Shown piece by piece: positions 35,553 through 49,311 of a DNA stretch of 64,000 nucleotides; position 1 is the stretch's first letter, and each line of letters opens with the position of its first letter. The translations under genes and the position numbers were made by a program. The stretch spans positions 15,217,974 to 15,281,973 of the forward strand of contig OZ316899.1 of assembly GCA_973895155.1 (NCBI GenBank), in the 5' to 3' direction. The notes under the pieces are model-generated. The model ran no database searches. It was not told where the DNA came from and worked only from the letters and a program-made list of their open reading frames with translations. Source of the stretch: Marsupella aquatica (taxonomy: Eukaryota > Plantae > Marchantiophyta).

Positions 35553-38500
35553 TTGTGGATGCGTGAACAAGCCCGGGCCGCCCAAGGTAGGAGTAGGAGG
35601 ATGAGATGCCCATGCACACAGTGCCAAGGATTCAAGTCGTTGAGTTTGAACACTGTGCACCTTCACCTGCTGCGGCATGAAAGACACCCTTGGTGGAGGG
35701 TTTGGAATGTACCAGCAGAAGAAGACTCCTCTGATGAAGAGTGGAGAGCTAACTTTGTGGATTCTAATCCAGCTAGGCATAGAGACTACGTAGAGCAAGA
35801 CATAGACGGTGCAGAGGATGGTCCTGGGGTACAACATGAGAACGTGGATGACCAAGATGGAGATGCAGAGGCAGTCATTGAGGACGGTGGGATGGATGTC
35901 CCAAGAATGGTTCAAGAGATTTTTGAAGACCTTGATGCTTTTTACGACACAGTGGAATCAGAGAGGACAATGAACCGCAGCCACACATTGGACACGGCCC
36001 ACCTGAACCTGACTTTGACATTGGGGAAGGTGCAGCAGAGAGGGAGTGGGTGTTTGGGGGCCCAATACACATCACCAACTTGCATTTCTATCTACGAGGG
36101 GTCAAACTGCTCCAAGCTGGGTTTTGTGGTGTTGTTGTTGAACATCTGTGGCAATCACAATGTTCCCAATATATTTGTGACAGAGTTGTTGACCTTCCTA
36201 CGCCAAAATGTGTTACCAGATGGTAATTCAATTCCAACAAATATGTACGAGGCTAGGAAATTGATGTCTAACCTTGGGCTGAACTATGTGTCTATTGACG
36301 CATGCCCTGATGGGTGTGTTCTGTTTTGCAAAGAGCATGCAGATAAATTGACATGCCCTCATTGTGGTAAGCACAGGTACAAGAATGTAGGGAAATGTAC
36401 ACACCCTGCCAAGGTTCTTTGTCATTTTCCTCTCATTCCTAGACTACAACGTCTGTTTAGATGCCCTGCCATTTCCAAGCTGATGACATGGACTCCTCAT
36501 AACAAGAGCAGTGATGGCCTACATAATCACATTGGAGATTCCAACCATTGGAAATTTGTTGATGAGAGGTGGCCACAGTTTGCTGTAGAGAAGCGGAACT
36601 TTCGATTTGGTCTATCACTGGATGGAGTAAACCCATTTGGAGACAAAAATAACCATTATTCATGTTGGCCGGTTACGCTGCTAAATTATAACCTTCCCCC
36701 ATGGATGACTACAAAGAGGTTTTTTGTGATGATGGTGCTGCTAATCCCTGGACCAGCTTGTGTGACCGAGCAATTCATAGATATCATGTTGGCTCCAGCA
36801 GTGGAAGAGTGGAAGACTTTGTGGATAGAAGGGGTGTTAACCCATGATGTTCTGAAGGGGCTTTTTTTTTACCCAGCCCCTTTAGACTGCATGCAATTTG
36901 TTTGCTGGATATAGCAGATTACCCAGGCCGTGGCATTATATCTGGACGAGTGACAAAGGGCTATGTGGGGTGCACACCATGTGGGAAAATGTGACAAGTG
37001 AGTGGTCGCATGCCCTGCACAGTATGAAATTTCAGGGGCATAGAAGGTATCTGCCTGTTGATCATCCTTATAGGCACACACGGTCTCAAATTGCACACTT
37101 CAACAACAAAATAGAGCTTAGTGGCCCACCACAAAGGGTCACCAGAGAGCAAGTCCTGAGGTGGGCAGCCAGGAAGGCTGATTGGGACAAGAGAAGTGCC
37201 ACTGATCGAGAACCTGAGGATCCAGTGGTGAAACACGGTGTGAAAAGACAGACCTTGATGGACTTGGAGTTGGAGTACTAGAGGGTAATGTACTTAGCCT
37301 CCAGCCCCTGTATGATTGCAATTTTAGATTGGACCCATGGTGGATTGATGTTGATTACAATCCTCCTATTTGGTTAATTAGTGTTTCTGTTGTTGAATTC
37401 TTTGCTTTGTGGAGTGCAAGAATTTGAGCCCAGCAAACACAATGTGGAAGTCATGCACATTAAGAAAAATATTTGTGAGAGCTTGCTGAAGTTCTTGTCG
37501 GGTGAGAAAGATACAGGAGCAGTTCGAGCTGATATGCAACAGAAGGGGATTCGCCCTCACCTTTGGTTGAAGCCCCATGCAAGCAATCCCAATGTACTTC
37601 TCAAGTTCCAAGCTCCCTATGTGTGCACACAGGAAGAATGGAAGACATTCTTGTATAGATTGAGTTGTCTGAAAGTGGCCTCTAGCTATGCTGGTGCCTT
37701 CAAGAAGCATATTACAAAGAATAAACTTGGCAGTATGAAAACACATGACTACCATGTGTTGATGCAGCACATTTTGCCCCTATGCCTCAGAGGTCTCATG
37801 CAAAAACCAGTCCGTAATGTCATTCTTCGACTGTGCAATGTCTTTTGCCGTATATGTGTGAAAGTGTGGGATCCCCAAGGATTGGAGTAGTTGAAGCAGG
37901 ATGCTGCTTATGTCCTCTGTGACTTGGAGATATAGTTCCCCCTGCTTTCTTTGATGTTATGACTCATCTCCTAATCCATGTGGTAGAAGAGCTAGGGCAA
38001 TATGGGCCAGTCAGTACGAGATGGATGTACCCTATGGAGCGATACATGAAGTTGTTGAAAGGTCATGTGAGAACATACTACAGGCCAGAGGCTTCCATGG
38101 CATTGGGGTACATTAAGAATGAGACGTTGGGGTTCCTAACAGAGTACATGGCTGGGTCTGGTGAAGCTATGACAAGAGTTTGGAAATCTGGTGAAGATGA
38201 TGGAGTGAGTGGCGAGGTTGTTGAAGGTGTGGGACGTGCTGTGCAGCTGTCTATTGCAATTCAAGACAAGGCTCATTCATATGTGCTGGTGAACACAGAG
38301 CCTATGCAACCATGGTGGAGGTGAGTGATTGAATTGACTTGCCTTTGTTGTGATGCTTCTTGTCTATTCCAAGGATGATCTTAGGTTGTCATATGATTGT
38401 GGTTTGATATCTGTGTTTAAGCAGAGAACCTCTGAAGAACAGAGGGGGTGGATGAAGATGGGTTATGTGGGGGAGTTGACAGACATTTGGGTCTTGAATT

Positions 38501-38916
38501 ATGGTAACACAAGTGTCCCTGTAATATTGATGAAGGGAGCATGGGTGAAATCAAAATGGCAGAGGCCAAGGGCCACCATGAAGCGTGATCCTGATGGGTT
38601 CTTGTTGGCCAATTTTAGGTCCAGAGTACCAGAATGGTCAGAGCCTTTTGTTTTCCCTAGCCAAGTTGAACAGGCTTTCTTTCTAGATGTGGAGGGGTCA
38701 CATGACTGGAGGGTGGTATGCCATAGCCAAGCACGGAACAGGCGGATGGATGGAAGTAAAGTAGAGTTCAGTTTGGACAACCATGCTGCATTCGAGCATC
38801 CTAGTCAGGAGACTGTACTTCCAACTCGGGCAGGGACCGACTACATCTCGTTAACATTGAGAGAGACATATGAACCTGGGGAGATGGAATATGATGAGGT
38901 TACTGATGTGCAATAG
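35553..38916 (+). pseudogene. TnpD transposase of the inner CACTA
   Basis: MRCPCTQC..HL (transposase-associated domain), IDACPDGCVLF, RFGLSLDGVNPF, YNLPPW, MHIKKNICESL, MKTHDYHVLMQ, RWMYPMERY, EPFVFPSQVEQAFF; stops and frameshifts present. Confidence 0.95.
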
Positions 38917-39099
38917 GCAACAGCTAGTTGGCAATTGGCAAGTATGAGGTTGAGGATGACTTCCTGCACAGAGTCACAGAACGGGAATTGTTGCCTGGAA
39001 TGATGTTTAGGATAGTTGGATATGCATGAAATTGATTGATACTTTGAATTTAGTGTGCTAATTCTCCCTGTTTGGTTGTGGGTGCTGTGCAGAAGCTGT

Positions 39100-42000
39100 G
39101 GGGGAAGAGGGTGATGACATGGAGATAGACATGGGGCTTGGAGAGTGGAGTGAAGAGGAAAGATTGGATATGGATGGAGACCCAGATGCAGGGGGCTCAC
39201 AGAAAAATGCACCTATGCAGGATGCATAGGGCCCTCATCAAGTGCCAGGTAGGTGGGAAGCTAGAGAGAAATCACATAATCCATACCCTAGAAGGAGCCA
39301 GAGTTATTGGCAAGGGACGCCTGATGATTATGATGGAGCAGAAAATGGATGGGATGAATATGAACACCCAAAGCATAGTAGAGATGGGTACAGAGGGCAA
39401 TGGAAAGGTGAGGAGGATGATTGGACAAGTAAGTGCCTTGTGCTAGTGATTTTGTGATGGTAGTAGAGATTTAGCTCAATATGGACTTATCTGATGTCTA
39501 GCTAGGGCAAAGAGTTTATCTTACAGGTCCATTAGTGTGGCATGTACCTGTTGGTATGCAGATTCTAATTGGGACAATCACGAAAACAACAAAGGCCATC
39601 CACGTTCAGATAGGAGGCAATCATTCACAGGCGGGAGAAACGGCCCTAATTCATCAAGACAAAGCAATTGGACAGGTGGTCCAGAACCATCTATGCGCCA
39701 AGGGAGAGGTAACTTGGTCATTGCAGAATTGCTCTGAAGTCCAGTGTATATTTATGCTTCATACTTACCTAATGGATCCCATAAATGTGCAGGGACTCTA
39801 GGGAGGTTTGGACAATGCAATCCAGGCCGTGGGGGGAGATCAGGCCGTGGAGGGACCCCAGGGCGTGGGGGGACAACAGGCCGTGGAGGGACACCTAGTA
39901 GCACTTCAGGGAGTACCAAGGTAAGAGACAGTAACAAATTTGGTAAAGTAGAAGTGAATTCTGATGGTTGGATAACTCCCACATGTGATGGTAAGAATTG
40001 TTGGCATTCTGACCTAAGAGGAGAAGTATTGCGTTGGTTAGATTTGAGCATTACAGAGTTTAGGAGTCAGAACAAAGTTGATTGGGCTGCTATCTGCAAG
40101 GACATTCTTGAACGGTGGGACTATGTTGGTAATGATGGTAAGGGCCTAGTTGAAGATTGCATATCAGATTATGCAATGAGGATTTTGAAACAAGAGAGGC
40201 ATAGGTTGAAAAGGATGTGGATAGACAATGGTTCTAACAGGAGTATGCCACCACCCCCATCATTGGAACTGGATCAATGGACACGGTTAATCAAAGGGTT
40301 CATGTAGGAGGCTGGACAGAGCAAGAGTGAACTGATGTCAAATGCTCAAGGCAAAGTGAAACACCTTTCACAGGCTGGGAGAGGAAGTTATGCTCCAGTG
40401 AAAGAACAATTGGTAAGGCGGTGACATGCCTGATTATCAAACTTATCATCTTGCTACCATTATTACATTTTCATTGACAATCAACACTTGCTTTCATTCA
40501 TATGTATGTTGATGTGGACTGCAGAAAAAATTGACAGGTGAAGAACCATCAGCACAAGAAGTGAGAGAGGAGTTCATGAAACAAAGGAGTGAGGTGACAA
40601 GTGTGACTTCCAAACAGGTGATTATGTTGTAATTCTGTATGTTCTGTGACTATTTAGCCTTGAGCATCAAAAGGAAATGTAGTAGGAAGTAAGCAACCAG
40701 TTCTTGGGGACAGTTATCTGAGATATGTAAGCTGTGTTATGACAGGGAACTGTTACAACTCTCACAGAGATGTGTGAACGGTTGAAGTCATTAGAGTGTG
40801 GACTCCCTCGAGTGGAAATTAAATTGGCTGATCGTTTGGATATTGTGGAGGCATCTGTAGCAAACCTTCTTGTGTCAGTGGAATCTAATTTCAAGCTTGT
40901 GATTGAAAAATTGGGTGGTTCCCAACCAAACAATGAGGGCAACATTGTACAAAGTGTGCCCTTGTTAACAAAAAAGGGAATTGGCAAATCTGACACAGGT
41001 ATGGAAATGACACCGACCCATTGTTCATTGTGTCCTATGTTCAAATGTTAGAAGTAAGTTTTCATGAATTGAGTGAATGGTTTGAATGCAGGAAGAGTGG
41101 AGGCAGAGAAGGACCCTGTAATCAGTAAGTAGAAGGGCAAGAAGGTTGCTGAGACACGTAACCTGCTATGATCCAGTATGAATCATTCAAAAAGTGCATG
41201 GAGTTTGTGAAGCTTAAGCAGGTTGGAGGTAATCTTTTCTGTAAGAACTGGTTGGATCAACTGGGATCTGAAGTGACATCATGATTGATGTATCAGGTGA
41301 TTCAAAGAGCAATAATGAAAAAGATGTGCCCAGTGCCTCAGTGACCATAGCCAAGGAGGTATCAGGTAAGCTGATGCTTTAAATTCCTCTATATGAATGT
41401 TGAGAAACAATTCAGTGGACAATAGATTCAACCTGAATATTGTGGTGTGTTTATTGATCAGCAGAAGCAGACATGGAGGATATGGCAATGGCAAAGAAGG
41501 GGAAGAAGGCTGTTCATAATGGTAAGGAGATAGTGACAACTTTGTGGTTGGTGACATGTACATTTAGCACATGTGATGAGTATTGACTTATGTTGGACAT
41601 GATAGTGAATTGTAGTTGATGCAGAGTTGACAGGACTCTCAACCAAGTGGGAGCAGGGTGAAGCAATGTCAAAACTTGGGAGCAACATTGGATGCAAGTA
41701 AGATTGTAGATGCTTCAATTGAAGCAAGTACAATGTTGGCAAATACTGAGATGACGTCGCAGGGAAATCCTGCTACACAATCGGAAGTGTCAAATATGGA
41801 TGCAGATTCTTTGAAGAAGAGTGTAGCCAATTCTCGATCACCAGCACAAAACACTCGTGCCAAAGTCATGACTCACAACCAAGGTATGAATAATGTCATG
41901 TATAAGCCACCCAGGAAAGCCAAGAAAAACAGCCAGGGTAAGGTGGAGGTGATAGCCACACCAGAGCCAGTCCATAATCTTCTATCATGGGAGGATGACT

Positions 42001-42221
42001 CGCAAGTATGTGTGGGTACAGGCATTTTGCGACCGGATCATGCTAAATTCCATGGCAAAGTGGTCCCGGATGACCATGTAGTAGTGTTGTTGACTACAAT
42101 GATTGTATCTGATTGTAATTTGCCATTTCCGAATAGAGATGATGATCCACCTCAGGAAATAATTGCAGATGCAGTAGGATCTCTTGTGCTCTGGCCATCA
42201 GAGTGTGTTAGTCTGCAGTGA
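39100..42221 (+). pseudogene. TnpA-like multi-exon second gene of the inner CACTA
   Basis: RGG repeats, a Ptta/En-Spm-like block (39960-40410) and a C-terminal FHG...LPFP...LVLWP block typical of CACTA ORF2; the start coordinate is approximate. Confidence 0.7.
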
Positions 42222-43219
42222 CTGAATGCAAGTGTAGATAGAATCATGTGAATTGTGTCACATTTTGACATTGCCTTGGAAAGATCCAAGAAATATCTGT
42301 ACCAATTTTTCCATTTGGTAAAGAGGATGAAGGAGCCGTTGTGTGTGACATTGATATTTCTGAATTCTGTATGTATGAAACAAGTGATTGATGTCAAACT
42401 ATGGCTCTATGGTGATTGTCTATGATACTTGAATCTGTTTTGTCTCATTTCAGTATTAGTGTGTATGGTATAGATGAATACTTTGTGACCTTCTTTGTAG
42501 TCTATGATGTTTGAATCTGTGAATTCATATTAGTGTACATGGTATAGAAGATGGCTTTCTGAAACTCTATGTGTTCTAATGTTAACATGATGAATGGTGA
42601 GCGCATAGAGTGAGTTCATTCCAAGTACACAATAAAACATGAATGGAATGTGTTCTTTGTGCACAAGAGTGAGTTCATTCCAAGTAGTATAGTGGGGTCT
42701 TCATCACTCATATCCTGTTGACATTAAAGACTTATACATACCCCACAAAGTGTTTACTTTAGTCTTTTTATAAACCCACAAAGTATATTTAAAGACTACC
42801 CTCCATAACCTTTTTAGTCATTCCCAATGACTCACCATCGCAGCCCATAAAAGACTGAAAATGACTCACCAAAGCTACCCACACAAAGACTACAATAGAC
42901 TGAGAATCCAGTCTATTAAACGACTTATAAACCAGTTCTATAAAGGACTCAGTTGATTATAGTAACAAAACATACAACTCGCAGTCCTATAAAGGACTGG
43001 AGTCCTTCCCAGTTGTTTCCAAGTCCTATACGGTACTGAACAGTCGTTTAATGGGGTCTAAATACCCCCCGGTTTCTACTAGTGTGTTCTGTTTTCATAT
43101 TCCAGATTGGTCTCATACTATGGATCCTGTACATAAGTACCATTGTTACTGTGTTGTAGATTATGCTTGCATGTATGTTTGATCTGCATTGGTGTATGTT
43201 GATGATTGCTTTGTTCCTT

Positions 43220-46033
43220 AGAGGCCCAACCACACATGTACAACGACAGAGAGAAAAGCCTACATTGGTGAAAGGTACTTCAACTGGAACATTGCCAAAG
43301 AGGAGGAGCTCTAGACTATCACAAGTTACCAAGGTGAACATGGCAGAGTCTGGTGATGATGGCTATGCCAATGCTGGGTATGACACTGAGGATTCTGACA
43401 TTGGAGGGTCAGAACCTTAGAGTGAACAACAGGTAATGCTTGAACTTCATCATCCTAAACCCTAAATCCTTGTCCTTGTTTCAAAGTATTTGTTAAGATG
43501 CCTACGTTGTCCATGATGTAGGTACAGAAACAAAATCGTGGCCCTAAGAAGACTGGGCCTGGTGGAGGTGGGCTGGTGAGATGTTGGAAAGACCCAAACA
43601 CTGGACTGTTATATGAAAGTGAGTGGATTGTACTGATATACCTTTTCAGTGTGTTTGGAAGTTGATATTCTATATTTTCCTAAAATTCAATGAAGTGCTT
43701 GGTGGTGTGTGTTTGTTTAGTGGTTCCATCAGCATCTGAAGGCAGATCAGGTCAATCTGACGTACTACATTCCAGAGGATCTTCAGGTAATACAAATCTG
43801 CTCGTCATGCATATGCAAGTGCATTTGCTCAACTTTTCAATGTACATATTTTGTGATTGAAAGCATGTGTGTGCATTGCAGGCGGGGCCTCGAAGATGCG
43901 CAGGGAACAAAGGCATGTTAAGAAGATGTTTGATAATGCTGCCAAAGTACAAAGGAATCAGGGAGATTTTCCCAAACACATTAAAGTGAGTTTTGTATTT
44001 TTTTTGAATGTAGATTTAGACATAGATCCTCTCCGTTATTGTGTGTATAAAACCTGGACTATGCATAAATTCCAGAGTTATGAATTGACATTCCATGTGA
44101 AATGCAGATTTATGACAATGATATTGATGATTCTGATCCCAACAAAGAGTACTGGTTGGAGGAACTTTGTGGCAATGTACTCAGAATCTTTGATGTATCA
44201 AAGCCAAAATGGACTGATCATCCACGAGTTCATATAACCAGTGTGTGGAAGAACATGGCAACTGAGTGGAAGTATGTGGGTGGGGAATTTATTGACAACA
44301 AATTCCAGAGTCATTGTCGTGGCATATTGAAGAGAGAGTGCCATAAAATGCATGTTTACTGGAAGAAAGTTTGCAATGAGGATCCAACCAAACTTGGGCC
44401 ATCTGGTGTTGATCCAAAGAAATGGGCAGCTTTGGTATCTCATTTCACCAGTCCAACATTGATATCTTTGAGTAAACAAATGACTGATAAAAGAGCACGA
44501 GTGCAAGATACCAGTCACTTTGGTAGAGGAGGGCATGATGCAGCAACAAAGAGAATGGTAAACTGTCTATATCATTTTCACTATCAATTCTGTCTTGTTT
44601 GTGAATCTTGATGAAAACAGACTCTGAGTTTCTCATTCATTGTGTGTTTGAACAAAAGCAGAAGAGAGGATCAAGCCCAGGTATATCTGACCTGAAAGAA
44701 AACCTTGGTAGTCAGGGTTCATTGCCAAAGGTGACAATGAGCCCATCATTGGCAAGTGCAGAAGGTCAGACTGGTAGTTTTTTGGGAGCAAAGGTGAGCC
44801 CGTCATTGGCAAGTGGGGAGGGTAAAAGTGCTAGCTTACTAGGGCAAGGATACAGACATGGATTAGCTGTGAGTATTGTCATTCCAATCTGATTTGTACA
44901 TCATTTTCCATTTGATAGAGTGTTGTGTCGTTTGTTAGTTTGACAGTGAGAATGTTGTGTTGGTTTGTGGTTCATTTACAGACCCCACATTCAAAAGAAG
45001 AGATCACTGCCATTGGGGCTGTCAAATTGGATGTCGATGAGTTGAAAGGCACTGTGAAGGAGTTGACAAACATGATGACTATATGGATGGCACATCACTC
45101 CAGTAATGCACAAGTTCCAACATTTGTTCCTAGTCACAGTAAGTACGTTGACTACAGCTACCAAAGAAGGTAGTAGAAAACGATCTCTTACTTTTTCAGG
45201 TAATAATGGAGGTAAAATTCTCTATCATCTATTCACTGTCCATTCAATGTAATTATTGTGGTGTATATATGTCATTGTATGTTTATAATGTTCTTGCATG
45301 TTCTAGTGTGATTATATGTTGTTGGTGTATACATGTTTGTTTATGCATTTATCTTGTGTGTATTTTATGACAGCATCTTTAGGGGAGCCTCCTATGTCGT
45401 AGGGAAATCCAACTGACACAGCTAATAGTATTCTGAAGCAAAATGAATTGGAAGTGAACCTATTGCCATCTGAGTTGCCCAAAGATGCCATTTCAGATGC
45501 CTTTCAGTTGCCAAAGGATAAGTCAATTGAGTTGACACCAGATAAAACCCCAGAATCATCTGAGTTGCCAAAAGATACTCCTGCTCTAAGTGAACAGGAT
45601 GACACTCCATCAACTAGAAGGGGAAAGTTCAAGAAAAGGAAGAAAGGATCTTCAGCAAATGCATCACGTGCACAGAAGAAACTCATTCAGTCTCCTAACC
45701 CCATTGCAAAGGTAAAAGTGTTGTTAGATTCGAGTGTTAGATTTGAGTGTTCACAAAATGTGTTATTCACAGTTTGCAAGAGGAGATTTGGTGAAGATGA
45801 AGAGTGTTGTGGACAATTCCATGATAGTGGCAGAAGGCAAGGTGACAAGGCTGCCAGGAGAAGATAAGTTCCATTGTGCAGATTTTGAAAGCCCTTTCTT
45901 GCGAGTGCGTGTGATTGATGTGTTTGTAGATGTGGCATTGCCATTTGCTAATGCAGGGGAGAACCAGTCTAAGTTATCTCATGTGAAGGGGATGAATGCC
46001 CTGTGGAACTCTAGATTGCTCAAGAAGCAGTAG
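43220..46033 (+). pseudogene. TnpA-like multi-exon second gene of the outer CACTA
   Basis: PSGVDPKKWAALVSHF...SHFGRGG block and VAEGKV...FH...LPF...ALWNS block, both paralogous to the inner element's ORF2. Confidence 0.7.
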
Positions 46034-46189
46034 AAGCAACCATGGGCCAAGAAGCGATAGACATGATAGAAGTAGGTTTTGTACAATGAGAATGACAACT
46101 CTGTTTTTCTACAGACATTAAGAGTTGTTGGTATTTCAGATTGTAGCACTTGACAATATATCTAATAATAATATGTGTATGCTTTTTTC

Positions 46190-47168
46190 AATGTCATTTT
46201 GCTTGTCATTGAAATGACATTGAAAAAAACTTAATCACACTTGCATTTGATTATTTGCTTGCATTTGCATTGAGTTGAATAACTATTGCAGGATTGAAGA
46301 ATGTGTCATGTCAATTGGATTTGTAAAGTATAGAATGTCTCTTTAGGGTTTCATTCTGCAAATGTATTGAATAACTTTGTAGTGTATGACTCTTAAAATG
46401 ACATGGATTTCTGTCTAATAAGACCACCCTAAGTCATTGAATACATTACCTGAATGACATATAAATTGACTGATCTAATGGTCATTATGAACATTTACAT
46501 TTGTGTCCAATATGACTCGACTCAAGTCATTAAATACATAACTTTAATGACCCCAAAAATGACATCTAAAATGACAGATCTCATGGTCATTATGGACATA
46601 TATAATTGTGTCCAAAATGACTACTTTGAAGTCATTCAAGACATGTCATTAATGACTAATGTGTATTTTACATGTCATCTTCCAATTGAATCACGTGTTC
46701 CAATATCACTAGACTACAATGTAGTCATTTTGGACGAGTCTTAAATGACGCAACCATATTGCCACGTGATGAATACCCTTTGAGCCACATGTCATTACTT
46801 GATTTGTTACGTATTGTACGTCATTTTGGACAAGTCCTAAATGACGGATGATCTTCCTTCCTTAATTGCCATGTGGGAATTATATAATTTTGTACGTAGA
46901 CCATCGACGGTGAACGACAATTTATCATCAACGGTGGTTTTTGGTCATTTCGGACCGTTCATCATTTATGACCAAATTGTAAATTTAGTCATTTCAGACT
47001 ATACAAAATGACCACACCTTTTTTGCGTCATTTGTCCAAAAGGACTGTGACCCATATGTCCGTTGTGATGCGTCTGGAAAGACCTACACAAATGCGTCAT
47101 TATTTTGTTAAAAAGACCATTTGTATAGTCATTTTTGTGGTCATAAACAACCTTGTTTTCCACTAGTG
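46190..47168. repeat. Subterminal repeat array and right TIR of the outer CACTA
   Basis: Many GTCATT/AATGAC motifs in both orientations, ending in CCTTGTTTTCCACTAGTG. Confidence 0.8.
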
Positions 47169-47700
47169 AATCAACACCTCAATTGGTGCTTCAGATTGAC
47201 TAAGTACACGATCCAAAAATATGGCAGCAACTCCTCCACTAGCTTTATCTGGCAACGTCACTAGCTCAATCCAATTGGAGAAATGCTCCACCATAACCAA
47301 AACATAACAATTATGCCGTTGGATGAGAGGCAATGGACCAGCAAAGTCCAAACTCCATTTGTACCCCAAACCCATGATTGACAATGGATGCAACTGGGGA
47401 GTGGGAGCATTAAATGATGCCCTCACTTGATCACATACCACACACTTAGCTATCAATTGTTGGACATGAGTGTGCATATCACGCCACCAATATTGTGTCT
47501 GCAGCAAGTTGTAAGTGTGCTTCACACCAAAGTCACCCAACTCCTTGTGCGTATGCCACACCAAATGTACTTGTTGTGATGGTTTTCGTATCACCAATAC
47601 CTTACCATCACGTAATACTCTCAAAATATGGTTTCCTTCCCATCAAAACCTGTCATGCTCCTTGGCATCAACACTACCACCAATAGAACCAGTGTGCAGG
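47169..47700 (-). pseudogene. pol: Integrase, 3'-truncated
   Basis: HKELGDFG...YWW...CVVCDQ, KWSLDFAGPLP, VMVEHFSNW. Confidence 0.9.
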
Positions 47701-47929
47701 TATTCCAACACTCTCTCATTGTTGTGAATATCCAATTGTCCAACCACAACCTCACCAGCATCCATATCGGTAGACTCATCATCTACTTCATTCAATAAAG
47801 TAGAGTCCACAGATCCACTGCATGCTAGAACCCAAGAAATGAAGGTAGATGCATGCCATCCTGGCACCGTCTCCTTATCCGATTCATCATACCATTTGGC
47901 TCCAGTCTCATTCTCTTGACTGGTACATG

Positions 47930-49311
47930 GATTGCGACTCAATTCATCTGCGTCCAAGTTCACTTTTCTAGGCCTATGCACCACCTGGAAATCATACTTC
48001 TATAACAACAATGCCCTTTGTGCAAGCTTCCTTGTAAGCTTGTCAGACTCCATTAACCACTTGAGAGGTTGATGATCAATGATCAAGGTGAAGGGGTTGC
48101 CAAACAAGTAGCAACGGAAGTGTGCTGCAACCCACACTGCTGCCAAACACTCAGATCCCTCATAAGAGCTATACTTAGCCTCTATTGAATTGTTTGATCT
48201 ACTAGCATAAGCCACAACAAACTCATTCCCCTCATCATCCTTTTGAGTCAGCACTGCTCCAAGTTCTACTCCACTCCAATCAGTGTGTAGCTAAAATGGT
48301 CTCCCTGAAATGGGTCTTCTCAAAATAGGGGACAATGCCAATCTTTCTTTCAACTCCTGAAAGGCATGCTCCTGGTTATCACCCCAAATCCACTCCTGAT
48401 CCAACTTAGTGAGTATGGTTAAAGGTTTAGCAAGTTGGCTAAATCCTTTAATGTACCTCCTGTAGTAGCTCGCCAATCCAAAGAATGCACAAACTCTACT
48501 CACATTAGTAGGATGAGGAATCTATGTAATGGCCTCCACCTTATTCTGTTGCACACCCAATCCCCCTGGGTAGATAGTGTGGCCCAAATACTCAATCTGG
48601 TCTTGGAAGAACTTACACTTGCCAGGATGGAGTTTCAACCCATGTTCTCTCAATCTCTCCAACACAATCTGCAAGTGCTGTCGATGTTCTTCCATAGTGG
48701 AAGAATAGACCAAGATATCATCAATGTAACATCTGACAAAATCTAAACCTGCAAGAATTTGATCCATGACTCTCTGGAATTCAACTAGTGCATTCTTCAA
48801 CCCAAATGGTAAGAACAACCACATCAACAAACGATCCTTGCCATGCAAATCAATTTCCCATAATGTTGTTTTGGACCTATCAAAATGTCTGATTGAAAGC
48901 TTATGGTACCTTGCCATAAGATCCAATGAACTAAAAACCTTTGCATGGCACTGCATCAAAGATCTCCTCAGGTGTGGGCATGGCATATCGATCAGATTTT
49001 GTCTGACAATTAATAGGTTAGTAATCACCACACATGCGCCTATCTATGTAATTGCCATGCACATCCTTCTTGGCTGGCATCATTGTGGCAGATGCATGCT
49101 CTCCGTATGAGATCTCCACCAAACCAACCTCCAGCAAATCTTGAGTTCTGCTCCAAATCAAAGCTCTCTCCATGTCACTGTAACGGTATAGTCTATGAAA
49201 GATGGACGCATCACTAGCCAATTCAATCTGAATACCAGGGCCCTTCAATGTCCCCAAATCCTTCATGCTAAATGCAAAACAATTCCAGTAACTCTTTAGG
49301 AATTGATGCAT
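47930..49311 (-). pseudogene. pol: Reverse transcriptase and RNase H
   Basis: RMCGDY, FSSLDL, LPFGLKNA, CYIDDILVYS, IEYLGH (RT); VVAYASRS, ECLAAVW, DHQPLKWL, LDADELSR (RH). Confidence 0.93.

Larger units (their letters stand above)
27213..43084 (+). mobile_element. Complete 15.9-kb CACTA element with cargo ORFs, nested in the outer CACTA
   Basis: 18-bp perfect TIR CACTAGTAGAAACCGGGG (27213-27230, 43067-43084); TGT TSD (27210-27212, 43085-43087); GACT/AGTC subterminal motifs; own TnpD and TnpA-like genes. Confidence 0.96.
23853..47168 (+). mobile_element. Outer CACTA (En/Spm) element with its left end missing
   Basis: TnpD pseudogene 23853-26907, TnpA-like exons 43220-46033, GTCATT/AATGAC subterminal repeats, right end ...TTTTCCACTAGTG at 47168. 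Confidence 0.8.
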
